In this document: piece by piece, positions 48,101 to 61,300 of the stretch
Layout: each line of letters starts with the position of its first letter
Numbering within the stretch: position 1 is the first letter of the stretch
Assembly: GCA_964016885.1 (NCBI GenBank)
Contig: OZ024742.1
Span: forward strand, 130,138,001-130,202,000
Direction of reading: 5' to 3'
Source: Eledone cirrhosa
Lineage: Eukaryota
Length of the DNA stretch: 64,000 bases
Position numbers and translations under genes: made by a program
Notes under the pieces: model-generated
What the model saw: the letters and a program-made list of their open reading frames with translations, nothing else
What the model was told of the DNA's origin: nothing
Database searches by the model: none

Positions 48101-49776
48101 TTTTAAATGTGATCATTAGTTAAGATTTTAAAAGTTTTGGTTTCGATAGAATTGCAACATGAGAATTGCAAACACACAGATACACACATAAAAACACAAT
48201 CATACATGCACATAAAAATTCATACAACATACACACAACTACACACACAACATATACAGACACGATCATACATTCACATAAATATACATACAACATACAT
48301 ACACACACAACATATACAGAGACACGATCATACATTCACATAAATATACATCCAACATATACACACACACATACAGACACAATCATACATACTACATACA
48401 TACAAATGAACACACGCATACACACACAACCATATATAGAAACACAATCATTTGCAACCTTCTCCATTTCCATGAGGATTAGCACATAATGTAAGAGATA
48501 GTGTGTACTCAATGTTGACCAATCAGATTTCACCATTGGTAAGGTCAGTAGCTCCACTAAATCTACCAAAGCATTCATCTGACTAGATCCTCTTTAATTT
48601 GGGAAATGTATGTCTTTCACAAAGCTTCTCCAACACGACAAGGCCAGGCAATATAGTTCTAGGTTTATGATTTTAAAAACATAACTATTGGTGTATTTGG
48701 ATTTCTGAAAGTCTGTTCAAACATAATTAACTCTTCATAACAAACCATCTGAAACTGCTTCTGGTTCTATAATATTTCTTCCTTTCCTTTTTCCTGTAAC
48801 TCCTAAAAGAGTCGTAGTAACATCATATTGACATACAGCGTTTCAGAGCATCTGCTCTCTAGGTCTGGGTACAACAAATTTCTCCCAGAGAAGGATAAAG
48901 AGTGAGAGAATGGAAGTAACAAAGAGATACAGAGGAAGAATCAACCCCAGTATTAGACTGATACTTTTTTTATTGACTTTGAATGAAAGGTAAAGTTGAC
49001 CTCAGTAAGATTAGAACTCAGGTAGTAGAGAGCCAAAACAAATACCACAAGGCATACTATCCACTATTCTAACAATTCTGCCAATCACCACAATGTTTAC
49101 ATACCTACATATCAAATATGTGTAAATTTATATACACAATGCAGTCTTGGTTACCCACTTTGTATGTATACAGATATAACTTCATTGTACACTTTGGCTG
49201 CTAGCGCACTTCTTAATATATATATCCTAATTAATTGATTGCTAACTTGTATCTGCAAATTTATATGTGTGTGTGTGTGTGTGTATCCAAAGATGGAATG
49301 GGAGAGCACTCAATCTGGGATATGAGTTGGGAATATATGAATTTATTAAAATATTCTAAATATACTGTTAGCTTTTTTAATCTAAAAACTAAAGACTAAA
49401 TTGTATGCCATGAAACAGCTGTTGTGACTGTGCCATATTTATATATATACATATATATATGTGTGTGTGTGTGTGCATATGTATGTGTGTGTGTATGCGT
49501 AATATATATATATAATGTGTATATATATATATAATATAATATATATATAAATATATAATATATATATAAATATATAATATATATATATAATATATATATA
49601 TAATTATATATATAGCCCCATGCTAGCGTGGAAAATGGACGTTAAACGATGATGAATATATATATATAATTATATATATAATATATTTATAATTATATAT
49701 ATAATTATATTTATAATTATATATATAATTATATATAATTATATATATAATATATATATATAATATATATAATATA

Positions 49777-49819
<43 letters not shown>

Positions 49820-49821
<2 letters not shown>

Positions 49822-51659
49822 CTGCTACAAGGGTAAAGGAGATGCCCTAGATAGGGGTAACTATAGAGGCATTAAATTAATGGACCAGGTCATGAAGGGC
49901 ACAGAAAAAGTAATAGCGAACTAATCAGAGAGCGAATTGATCAAGATGAAATGCAGTTCGGGTTTGTGTCAGGTAAAAGTACCACAGACGCTCTTTTCAT
50001 TGTACGACAACTACAGGAGAAGTACCTAGCTAAAAGTAAACCCCTATACTTAGCTTTTGTCGACTTGGAGAAAGCCTTTGACAGAGTCCCCCGTTCCATT
50101 ATCTGGTGGGCTCTTAGAAAACTAGGTGTTGACGAATGGCTTGTGAGAGCTATACAAGCCATGTATAAAGATACAGTCAGTAAGGTTAGAATTAACAACG
50201 AATATAGTGAAGAGTTTAGCGTAAAAGTTGGTGTTCATCAGGGCTCCGTTCTTAGCCCCCTACTATTTATTATTGCCCTTCAGGCTATAACAGAGGAGTT
50301 CAAGTCCGGCTGCCCATGGGAACTCCTATACGCAGATGATATAACGCTCATAGCTGAATCAATGGCTGAACTAGAGAAGAAATTTTGAACATGGAAGCAT
50401 GGCCTAGAATCAAAAGGCCTTAAAATTAACCTGTCTAAGACTAAAGTTCTAGTCTGTAGGAAGGAAAATAGGGCACCGATTCCATCCGGGAAATGGCCAT
50501 GCTCAGTAGGTAGGAAAGGAGTAGGCAGAAACTCCGTTTTATGTCCCAAATGCAAAGTATGGGTGCATAAAAGATGTAGTGGGATCACAGGTAAGCTAAC
50601 TAAGAATATAGATTTTATATGTGGACGGTGCTCTGGTGCAATAAGTAGCAGCAAGTGCCCACTGAATACTAGCTCATTCCATTGCACAGATGGTTCTATA
50701 GAAATAGTGGACACCTTCCGTTACTTGGGTGACAAAATCAGCAGTGGTGCAGGGTGCTCTGAAAGTACAGTAGCTAGAGTCAGAACTGGATGGAAAAAGT
50801 TCAGAGAGCTTATACCACTATTAGCCGCTAAAGGGTTTTCTCTAAAAATGAAAGGCAGGCTGTATGATGCCTGCATACGAACAGCAATGTTACATGGCAG
50901 TGAGACCTGGGCATTGTGTGCAGAGGATATACGCAGACTGGAGAGGAACGAAGCTTGCATGCTCCGCCGGATGTGTAATAGTAATATACGTGAACGGCAA
51001 AGCATAAACGAACTAAGGGAAAAATTAGAAATAAGAGGAATCAGATGTTGTTTACTCGAGAGAAGACTACGTTGGTACGGTCACGTGATGCACATGAAAG
51101 ATGACAGCTGTATAAAAAAGTGCAGGGCAATAAAAATAGACGGTAGCCACGGAGTAGGCAGACCCAGAAAAACCTGGGACAACTTGATAAATTCTGACCT
51201 CACACACTTACACCTCTCCAAGACAATGTCACTGGACCGAGATCTTTGGCACTACACAGTAATACAGAAGACCCGCCTTGCCTAAGTACAAAGTGAAACC
51301 TACTACAGTCAGTAGGCACCTAACAAAAATACACCCCAGTCCCACATCCACACCACCCCTTTCAATGTAAAGTTATGTTGGTACCACAACATCCAGTCCG
51401 AAACAAATGAGGTCGTGTAGGTGTCACAACAAAAAAAACATACAGTCCACACTATAAGGTGGTTGTGTAAGTAACACGGTAAAAAGCTCCCAGTCCACAC
51501 TGTAAATGTTGTTGGTGTTAGGAAGGGTATCCAGCCATAGAAAACCCGCCAGACAGTCCTATGCGAGCAAGACAACCACTCTTGCCTCAAGTGGGAAAAC
51601 TCCCGTCCAAACCCATGCAAGTGTGGAAGATGGACGTTAAACGATGATGATGATGATGA
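49820..51659 (+). mobile_element. RTE-clade LINE, 5'-truncated, with most of the RT domain and the 3' UTR
   Basis: CYKGKGD...NYRGIKL, QFGF...STTDA, FVDLEKAFDRVPR, GVHQGSVLSPLLF, LYADD, FRYLG, HGSETW and a (GAT)n tail. Stop at 50386. Confidence 0.95.
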
Positions 51660-51825
51660 GTGTGTGTGTGTGTATATGTGTGTGTGTGTAATATATATAT
51701 AATATATATATAAATATATAATATATATATAATATATATATAATTATATATATAGACCCATGCTAGCGTGGAAAATGGACGTTAAAGGATGATGATGAAT
51801 ATATATATATATAATTATATATAAT

Positions 51826-51997
51826 TGTTTCTACTTTTGGCACAAGGCCAGCAATTATCCCAGTGCATTACTGGTACTTTATTTTATCGACCCCGTAAGG
51901 ATGAAAGGCAAAGTTAACCTCGGCGGGATTTGAACTCAGACCATAAAAGGCCGTAACTCTATGCATGGCGTCCGACCCTCTACCGATACTGCCAATC
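51826..51997 (-). mobile_element. tRNA-derived SINE of a second family (GCCTTTCATCCT...GGGGTCGATAAAATAAAGTACCAG core)
   Basis: Reverse complement of 53797-54007. Related copies at ~45170-45340, ~48940-49085 and ~53640-53785. Confidence 0.75.
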
Positions 51998-52094
51998 CAT
52001 ATGTATATAATATATATATGATATAATTGTTTCTACTATTGGCACAAGGTCAGCAATTATCCCAGTGCATTACTGGTACAATATATAATATATC

Positions 52095-52565
52095 ATTATC
52101 ATCATCGTTAACGTCTATCTTCCACGCTAGCATGGGTTAGACAGGATTGTCCCACTTGAGGCAAGATTGATCGGGTGACCATGTCTCGCTCGTATAGAAC
52201 TGTATCTGGCAGGGTTTTCTATGGCTGGATGCCCTTCCTAACACCAACCACATTTACAGTGTGGGACTGGGAGGTTTTTACCGTGTCTCCTACAGGATTA
52301 CTTTACAGCGTGGACTGGGTGCTTTTGGTCACGACACCTACACGACCACTTTAGTGTAGACTGGATATTCTGTGGTACCAACATAACTTTACAGAGAAAG
52401 GGTGGTGTGGGTGGAAGTGGGAGGATGGAGTGGGGGTAGTGGGTTGGGGTGTATAATTGGTTAAGAAGTGCCTACTGACTGTAGATTTAACTTTGTACAT
52501 AAAGGAAGGCAAGTCTTCTGTATTACTGCGTAGCGCCAAAGGTCTCAATCCAGTGACATTGTCTT
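52095..52565 (-). mobile_element. RTE 3'-end fragment, minus strand
   Basis: Reverse complement of the 16165-16640 type sequence. Confidence 0.85.
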
Positions 52566-52981
52566 AGTGACATTGGCATCCAATATATTATATAATATAT
52601 ATATAGAGAGAGAGAGAGATCACTCTTGCTTAATATGTTTCTTATGTATTTCTACACGTTGAATCTTATGTGTTTTCCGAATTTCTCTACCATCTATGGT
52701 TTTATTACACCAAAACAATTATGGCCGATTATCAAAACTGATTAGTCAGCAAAAAAATTCAATACTGATTAATCAGTAATATGGCCAATATGGCTGATAC
52801 CAATTATCTTCCGATTAATCATTGCAATTCTATTTCTAAATTCCTCTGAATTCTTGGTTATTTTCATAAGAATTTGAAAATCATAAACATTGTCTTTCAT
52901 TAGAAATATGGTAACAAAAGGGTTAAATATTACAAGCAAAATATTATTACAAATAAATATATATTTAAAATGAAACAAAAC

Positions 52982-53229
52982 CTGTCATCATTTATCTTAA
53001 TGAGATTGTCAGCTGTCAGTGGATTTTGTTCAATTGCTCGAGAAAATTCCTTTGTGTTCCTCCCAAGTTCTCTAGCTATTTTGTGGAAGTTGGTCACTTC
53101 TGCTTGTGAGGAAGGGTAGAATGAGTGTCTTTCCTTCTGCAGTCGTTGCTTCTGTTCTAGTGCAACTTTATATCTCTCTTTGACATCATGTTGTTGGTCA
53201 ACAGCTTCTTTCATCACATCTTCAACAAT
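52982..53229 (-). CDS. Internal coding exon (248 bp) of a host gene, tentatively dynein regulatory complex subunit 9 / IQCG-like
   Basis: Acceptor cttttttttttttag|ATT and donor GACAG|gtttgt, with an open frame IVEDVMKEAVDQQHDVKERY...ELGRNTKEFSRAIEQNPLTADNLIKINDDR. The end resembles the NPLT.DNL.K...DR(QF) segment I recall from IQCG/DRC9; this is unverified. Confidence 0.6.
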
Positions 53230-53796
53230 CTAAAAAAAAAAAGTAGAAAAAAGTGAAAAAGAAGGGAGATGATGTACGAAGGAGAAAAAGAAGAGAAGGT
53301 GAAGTAAATGAGGCTGAAGAAGAAGTAAAAGGAAGAGAAGAAGAAATAAAAGGAAGAGAAGAAGAAAGAAGACAAGACGAGTTTACTCAATAAAAAAAGA
53401 ATGAATTTCATCAGTTTTTAAAAAAATAATGAGTTCAATGTCAGCTTTTTGAGAAAAAAGAATAACAATACTGTTACAAATGTTGTCATTGCTATCATAA
53501 ACATTGTCAATGACGATGATGATGATCATCATCATCAATGTCATCATCATCACCACCACCACCATCAGCATCATTGTCATCATCAGTGCTATCATTGCTA
53601 AAATTGTCATCTTCATCAATGTTGTAAACATGCAATGCTGTCCAGCATAGTTACGTCCCTTTATGGTTTGAGTTCAAATTCCGTCGAAGTTAACTTTGCT
53701 TTTCATCCTAACAGGGTCGATAAAATAAAGTACCAGTAATGTACTGGGTAACTGCTGGCCTTGTACCAAAAGTAGCAACAATTATTATTATTATGG

Positions 53797-54007
53797 ATTG
53801 GCAGTGTCAGTAGAGGGTCGGACGCCATGCTTTGCAGCATAGAGTTACGGCCCTTTATGGTCTGAGTTCAAATCCTGCCAAAGTTAACTTTGCCTTTCAT
53901 CCTTATGGCGTCGACAAAATAAAGTACCAGTCACGCACTGGGGTCGATTTAATCGACTTTCCCCTCCCCCCAAATTGCTGGCCTTGTGCCTATATAAGAA
54001 ACAATTA
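53797..54007 (+). mobile_element. tRNA-derived SINE (second family)
   Basis: GGATTGGCAG...GAGTTCAAATCC...GCCTTTCATCCTTATGGCGTCGACAAAATAAAGTACCAG. Confidence 0.75.
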
Positions 54008-54339
54008 TTACCACTGTTATTGTTATTATCAACATTGTCATCATTATGATTATTGCCATCAATATTGCTGTCATTATCTTCATTATCATAATTCCTATCT
54101 CGTCAATGAAAGATATTTTGGGAACAGTCTATTTAGAAAAATATTATGGCATTTTGGTTGAGTCATATATACTATTTGTTGAACATATGCACTGTTATTA
54201 TTTGCCATTCCCTTCCATTTTATACTTGGGGATGCAGTCAGAACAACTGGAGATGGTTGCTTCTGACAGGAACCGCTGGAAGGAGTATGTGAGGTATCTT
54301 CCCCCACATCCCTCCCAAGAAGGAGGGAAAGAAAGAAGA

Positions 54340-54503
<164 letters not shown>

Positions 54504-55366
54504 ATCTTTTTCTATGATTGGTTTAAGGGATATTTGTCAGCTATTTCCATCATGTTAAATAGTAACAGAGAAATTCCTTCATAGGCTTAAAGCTATGTTA
54601 AACAGGCTAGCCTATCGGGTCTACTACTCAAATATTATTACTTTTTTGCTGTCCTAACATTTACCCCAGCTTTAGTGTAGAATACACATTCATAAATATT
54701 GATGTGACTGAGATGTTATTCCATTTGATCCAATGATCCATCTGATATTAGAGTCCTACCACCCTTAGCTGGGTTCCTAAGGTCAATTAGAAGGGCCGTC
54801 CAACCCAATACACTCTATAAAATGGTTGGTGATAGGAAGGACATTCAACCAAAGAAAATTTGCCATACAAAGGGTTAAAAGGATTCTTCAGTTGTGTCAA
54901 GGACATGACAACCTCTCTAGTGCTTGTGTCACATTAATGAAACCAGGAAACACTGTAATGTGTAAATGTATGTAAATGAGGTGAAGGCCCCCAGCCTATC
55001 TGTGAGGTCAGTAGCATTTATTTATTAAGTAATGACTAGGTCTGTGGTGACATTCAATCCTTGCTAGCAGGGATAACAGACATTATATGAGGATACTTTC
55101 TAACATAGGCTACAAGGTCTAACATAGGCTAAAAGGTCACAAATTTGAGGATATGCATGTTGTAAGTCAATCATATTAAGCCCATCATTTGTCTGGTTCC
55201 ATTTTATCAATTTTGTGAGAAAGCAGAATTTGAACTCTAAATGTAAAGGGATGTTACAAAATGCTTCCATGGTATTGTTTAATGCTCTACCAATTCTACT
55301 AATCCACCACTTTCCAGTCAATATATCCGTTGCTCTACTCATTTTCCCAATCCAGTAATTTGAAGC

Positions 55367-58300
55367 TATTATGTCCAGTGCTCCACCAGTTATAATTCTC
55401 CCTCTCTATCACCTTCAAGGTATTATGTCCAGTGCTCCACCAGTTCTAATTCTCCCTCTCTATCACCATCAATGTATTATGTCCAGTGCTCCACCAGTTC
55501 TAATTCTCTCTCTCTATCACCTTCAAGGTATTATGTCCAGTGCTCCACCAGTTCTAATCCTCCCTCTCTATCACCTTCAACATATTATGTCCAGTGCTCC
55601 ACCAGTTCTAATCCTCCCTCTCTATCACCTTCCAGGTATTATGTCCAGTGCTCCACCAGTTCTAATTCTCCCTCTCTATCACCTTCAAGGTATTATGTCC
55701 AGTGCTCCACCAGTTCTAATCCTCCCTCTCTATCACCTTCAAGGTATTATGTCCAGTGCTCCACCAGTTCTAATTCTCCCTCTCTATCAGCTACAAGGTA
55801 TTATGTCCAGTGCTCCACCAGTTCTAATTCTGTCTCTCTATCACCTTCCAGGTATTATGTCCAGTGCTCCACCAGTTCTAATCCTCCCTCTCTATCACCT
55901 TCAAGGTATTATGTCCAGTGCTCCACCAGTTCTAATCCTCCCTCTCTATCACCTTCAAGGTATTATGTCCAGTGCTCCACCAGTTCTAATCCTCCCTCTA
56001 TATCACCTTCAAGATATTATGTCCAGTGCTCCACCAGTTCTAATTCTCCCTCTCTATCACCATCAACATATTATGTCCAGTGCTCCACCAGTTCTAATCA
56101 TCCCTCTCTATCACCTTCAAGGTATTATGTCCAGTGCTCCACCAGTTCTAATCCTCCCTCTCTATCACCTTCAAGGTATTATGTCCAGTGCTCCACCAGT
56201 TCTAATCCTCCCTCTATATCACCTTCAAGATATTATGTCCAGTGCTCCACCAGTTCTAATTCTCCCTCTCTATCACCATCAACATATTATGTCCAGTGCT
56301 CCACCAGTTCTAATCCTCCCTCTCTATCACCTTCAAGGTATTATGTCCAGTGCTCCACCAGTTCTAGTCCTCCCTCTCTATCACCTTCAAGGTATTATGT
56401 CCAGTGCTCCACCAGTTCTAATTCTCCCTCTCTATCACCTTCAAGGTATTATGTCCAGTGCTCCACCAGTTCTAATTCTCCCTCTCTATCACCTTCAAGG
56501 TATTATGTCCAGTGCTCCACCAGTTCTAATCCTCCCTCTCTATCACCTTCAAGGTATTATGTCCAGTGCTCCACCAGTTCTAATTCTCCCTCTCTATCAC
56601 CTTCAAGGTATTATGTCCAGTGCTCCACCAGTTCTAATCCTCCCTCTCTATCACCTTCAAGGTATTATGTCCAGTGCTCCACCAGTTCTAATTCTCCCTC
56701 TCTATCACCTTCAAGGTATTATGTCCAGTGCTCCACCAGTTCTAATTCTCCCTCTCTATCACCTTCAAGGTATTATGTCCAGTGCTCCACCAGTTCTAAT
56801 TCTCCCTCTCTATCACCTTCAAGGTATTATGTCCAGTGCTCCACCAGTTCTAATTCTCCCTCTCTATCACCTTCAAGGTATTATGTCCAGTGCTCCACCA
56901 GTTCTAATCCTCCCTCTCTATCACCTTCAAGGTATTATGTCCAGTGCTCCACCAGTTCTAATTCTCCCTCTCTATCACCTTCAAGGTATTATGTCCAGTG
57001 CTCCACCAGTTCTAATTCTCCCTCTCTATCACCTTCAACATATTATGTCCAGTGCTCCACCAGTTCTAATTCTCCCTCTCTATCACCTTCAACATATTAT
57101 GTCCAGTGCTCCACCAGTTCTAATCCTCCCTCTCTATCACCTTCAAGGTATTATGTCCAGTGCTCCACCAGTTCTAATTCTCCCTCTCTATCACCTTCAA
57201 GGTATTATGTCCAGTGCTCCACCAGTTCTAATCCTCCCTCTCTATCACCTTCAAGGTATTATGTCCAGTGCTCCACCAGTTCTAATCCTCCCTCTCTATC
57301 ACCTTCAAGGTATTATGTCCAGTGCTCCACCAGTTCTAATCCTCCCTCTCTATCACCTTCAAGGTATTATGTCCAGTGCTCCACCAGTTCTAATCCTCCC
57401 TCTCTATCACCTTCAAGGTATTATGTCCAGTGCTCCACCAGTTCTAATTCTCCCTCTCTATCACCTTCAAGGTATTATGTCCAGTGCTCCACCAGTTCTA
57501 ATTCTCCCTCTCTATCAGCTACAAGGTATTATGTCCAGTGCTCCACCAGTTCTAATTCTGTCTCTCTATCACCTTCAAGGTATTATGTCCAGTGCTCCAC
57601 CAGTTCTAACCCTCCCTCTCTATCACCTTCAAGGTATTATGTCCAGTGCTCCACCAGTTCTAATCCTCCCTCTCTATCACCTTCAAGGTATTATGTCCAG
57701 TGCTCCACCAGTTCTAATCCTCCCTCTCTATCACCTTCAAGGTATTATGTCCAGTGCTCCACCAGTTCTAATTCTCCCTCTCTATCACCTTCAACATATT
57801 ATGTCCAGTGCTCCACCAGTTCTAATCCTCCCTCTCTATCACCTTCAAGGTATTATGTCCAGTGCTCCACCAGTTCTAATCCTCCCTCTCTATCACCTTC
57901 AAGGTATTATGTCCAGTGCTCCACCAGTTCTAATTCTGTCTCTCTATCACCTTCAAGGTATTATGTCCAGTGCTCCACCAGTTCTAATCCTCCCTCTCTA
58001 TCACCTTCAAGGTATTATGTCCAGTGCTCCACCAGTTCTAATTCTGTCTCTCTATCACCTTCAAGGTATTATGTCCAGTGCTCCACCAGTTCTAATCCTC
58101 CCTCTCTATCACCTTCAAGGTATTATGTCCAGTGCTCCACCAGTTCTAATTCTGTCTCTCTATCACCTTCAAGGTATTATGTCCAGTGCTCCACCAGTTC
58201 TAATTCTGTCTCTCTATCACCTTCAAGGTATTATGTCCAGTGCTCCACCAGTTCTAATCCTCCCTCTCTATCACCTTCAAGGTATTATGTCCAGTGCTCC

Positions 58301-61300
58301 ACCAGTTCTAATTCTCCCTCTCTATCACCTTCAAGGTATTATGTCCAGTGCTCCACCAGTTCTAATCCTCCCTCTCTATCACCTTCAAGGTATTATGTCC
58401 AGTGCTCCACCAGTTCTAATTCTGTCTCTCTATCACCTTCAAGGTATTATGTCCAGTGCTCCACCAGTTCTAATCCTCCCTCTCTATCACCTTCAAGGTA
58501 TTATGTCCAGTGCTCCACCAGTTCTAATCCTCCCTCTCTATCACCTTCAAGGTATTATGTCCAGTGCTCCACCAGTTCTAATCCTCCCTCTCTATCACCT
58601 TCAAGGTATTATGTCCAGTGCTCCACCAGTTCTAATCCTCCCTCTCTATCACCTTCAAGGTATTATGTCCAGTGCTCCACCAGTTCTAATCCTCCCTCTC
58701 TATCACCTTCAAGGTATTATGTCCAGTGCTCCACCAGTTCTAATCCTCCCTCTCTATCACCTTCAAGGTATTATGTCCAGTGCTCCACCAGTTCTAATCC
58801 TCCCTCTCTATCACCATCAACATATCATGTCCAGTGCTCCACCAGTTCTAATCCTCCCTCTCTATCACCTTCAAGGTATTATGTCCAGTGCTCCACCAGT
58901 TCTAATCCTCCCTCTCTATCACCTTCAAGGTATTATGTCCAATGCTCCACCAGTTCTAATTCTGTCTCTCTATCACCTTCAAGGTATTATGTCCAGTGCT
59001 CCACCAGTTCTAATCCTCCCTCTATATCACCTTCAAGGTATTATGTCCAGTGCTCCACCAGTTCTAATCCTCCCTCTATATCACCTTCAATGTATTATGT
59101 CCAGTGCTCTAGCAGTTCTAATCCTCCCTCGCTATCACCTTCAAGGTATTATGTCCAGTGCTCCACCAGTTCTAATCCTCCCTCTCTATCACCTTCAAGA
59201 TATTATGTCCAGTGCTCCACCAGTTCTAATCCTCCCTCTCTATCACCTTCAAGATATTATGTCCAGTGCTCCACCAGTTCTAATTCTGTCTCTCTATCAC
59301 CTTCAAGGTATTATGTCCAGTGCACCACCAGTTCTAATCCTCTCTCTCTATCACCTTCAAGATATTATGTCCAGTGCTCCACCAGTTCTAATCCTCCCTC
59401 TCTATCACCTTCAAGGTATTATGTCCAGTGCTCCACCAGTTCTAATTCTCCCTCGCTATCACCTTCAAGGTATTATGTCCAGTGCTCCACCAGTTCTAAT
59501 CCTCCCTCTCTATCACCTTCAAGGTATTATGTCCAGTGCTCCACCAGTTCTAATCCTCCCTCTCTATCACCTTCAAGGTATTATGTCCAGTGCTCCACCA
59601 GTTCTAATCCTCCCTCTCTATCACCTTCAAGATATTATGTCCAGTGCTCCACCAGTTCTAATTCTCCCTCTCTATCACCTTCAAGGTATTATGTCCAGTG
59701 CTCCACCAGTTCTAATCCTCCCTCTCTATCACCTTCAACATATTATGTCCAGTGCTCCACCAGTTCTAATTCTCCCTCTCTATCACCTTCAAGATATTAT
59801 GTCCAGTGCTCCACCAGTTCTAATTCTCCCTCTCTATCACCTTCAAGATATTATGTCCAGTGCTCCACCAGTTCTAATCCTCCCTCTCTATCACCTTCAA
59901 GATATTATGTCCAGTGCTCCACCAGTTCTAATCCTCCCTCTCTATCACCTTCAAGGTATTATGTCCAGTGCTCCACCAGTTCTAATTCTCCCTCTCTATC
60001 ACCTTCAACATATTATGTCCAGTGCTCCACCAGTTCTAATTCTCCCTCTCTATCACCTTCAAGGTATTATGTCCAGTGCTCCACCAGTTCTAATCCTCCC
60101 TCTCTATCACCTTCAAGGTATCATGTCCAGTGCTCCACCAGTTCTAATCCGTCCTCTATATCACCTTCAAGATAATATGTCCAGTGCTCCACCAGTTCTA
60201 ATCCTCCCTCTCTATCTCCTTCAAGGTATTATGTCCAGTGCTCCACCAGTTCTAATCCTCCCTCTCTATCACCTTCAAGGTATTATGTCCAGTGCTCCAC
60301 CAGTTCTAATCCTCCCTCTCTATCACCTTCAAGGTATTATGTCCAGTGCTCCACCAGTTCTAATCCTCCCTCTCTATCTCCTTCAAGGTATTATGTCCAG
60401 TGCTCCACCAGTTCTAATCCTCCCTCTCTATCACCTTCAAGGTATTATGTCCAGTGCTCCACCAGTTCTAATCCTCCCTCTCTATCACCTTCAAGGTATT
60501 ATGTCCAGTGCTCCACCAGTTCTAATCCTCCCTCTCTATCACCTTCAAGGTATTATGTCCAGTGCTCCACCAGTTCTAATCCTCCCTCTCTATCACCTTC
60601 AAGGTATTATGTCCAGTGCTCCACCAGTTCTAATCCTCCCTCTCTATCACCTTCAAGATATTATGTCCAGTGCTCCACCAGTTCTAATTCTCCCTCTCTA
60701 TCACCTTCAAGATATTATGTCCAGTGCTCCACCAGTTCTAATTCTCCCTCTCTATCACCTTCAAGGTATTATGTCCAGTGCTCCACCAGTTCTAATCCTC
60801 CCTCTCTATCACCTTCAAGGTATTATGTCCAGTGCTCCACCAGTTCTAATTCTCCCTCTCTATCACCTTCAAGGTATTATGTCCAGTGCTCCACCAGTTC
60901 TAATTCTCCCTCTCTATCACCATCAACATATTATGTCCAGTGCTCCACCAGTTCTAATTCTCCCTCTCTATCTCCTTCAAGGTATTATGTCCAGTGTTCC
61001 ACCAGTTCTAATTCTCCCTCTCTATCACCTTCAAGATATTATGTCCAGTGCTCCACCAGTTCTAATCCTCCCTCTCTATCACCTTCAAGGTATTATGTCC
61101 AGTGCTCCACCAGTTCTAATTCTCCCTCTATCACCTTCAAGGTATTATGTCCAGTGCTCCACCAGTTCTAATCCTCCCTCTCTATCACCTTCAAGATATT
61201 ATGTCCAGTGCTCCACCAGTTCTAATTCTCCCTCTATCACCTTCAAGGTATTATGTCCAGTGCTCCACCAGTTCTAATCCTCCCTCTCTATCACCTTCAA

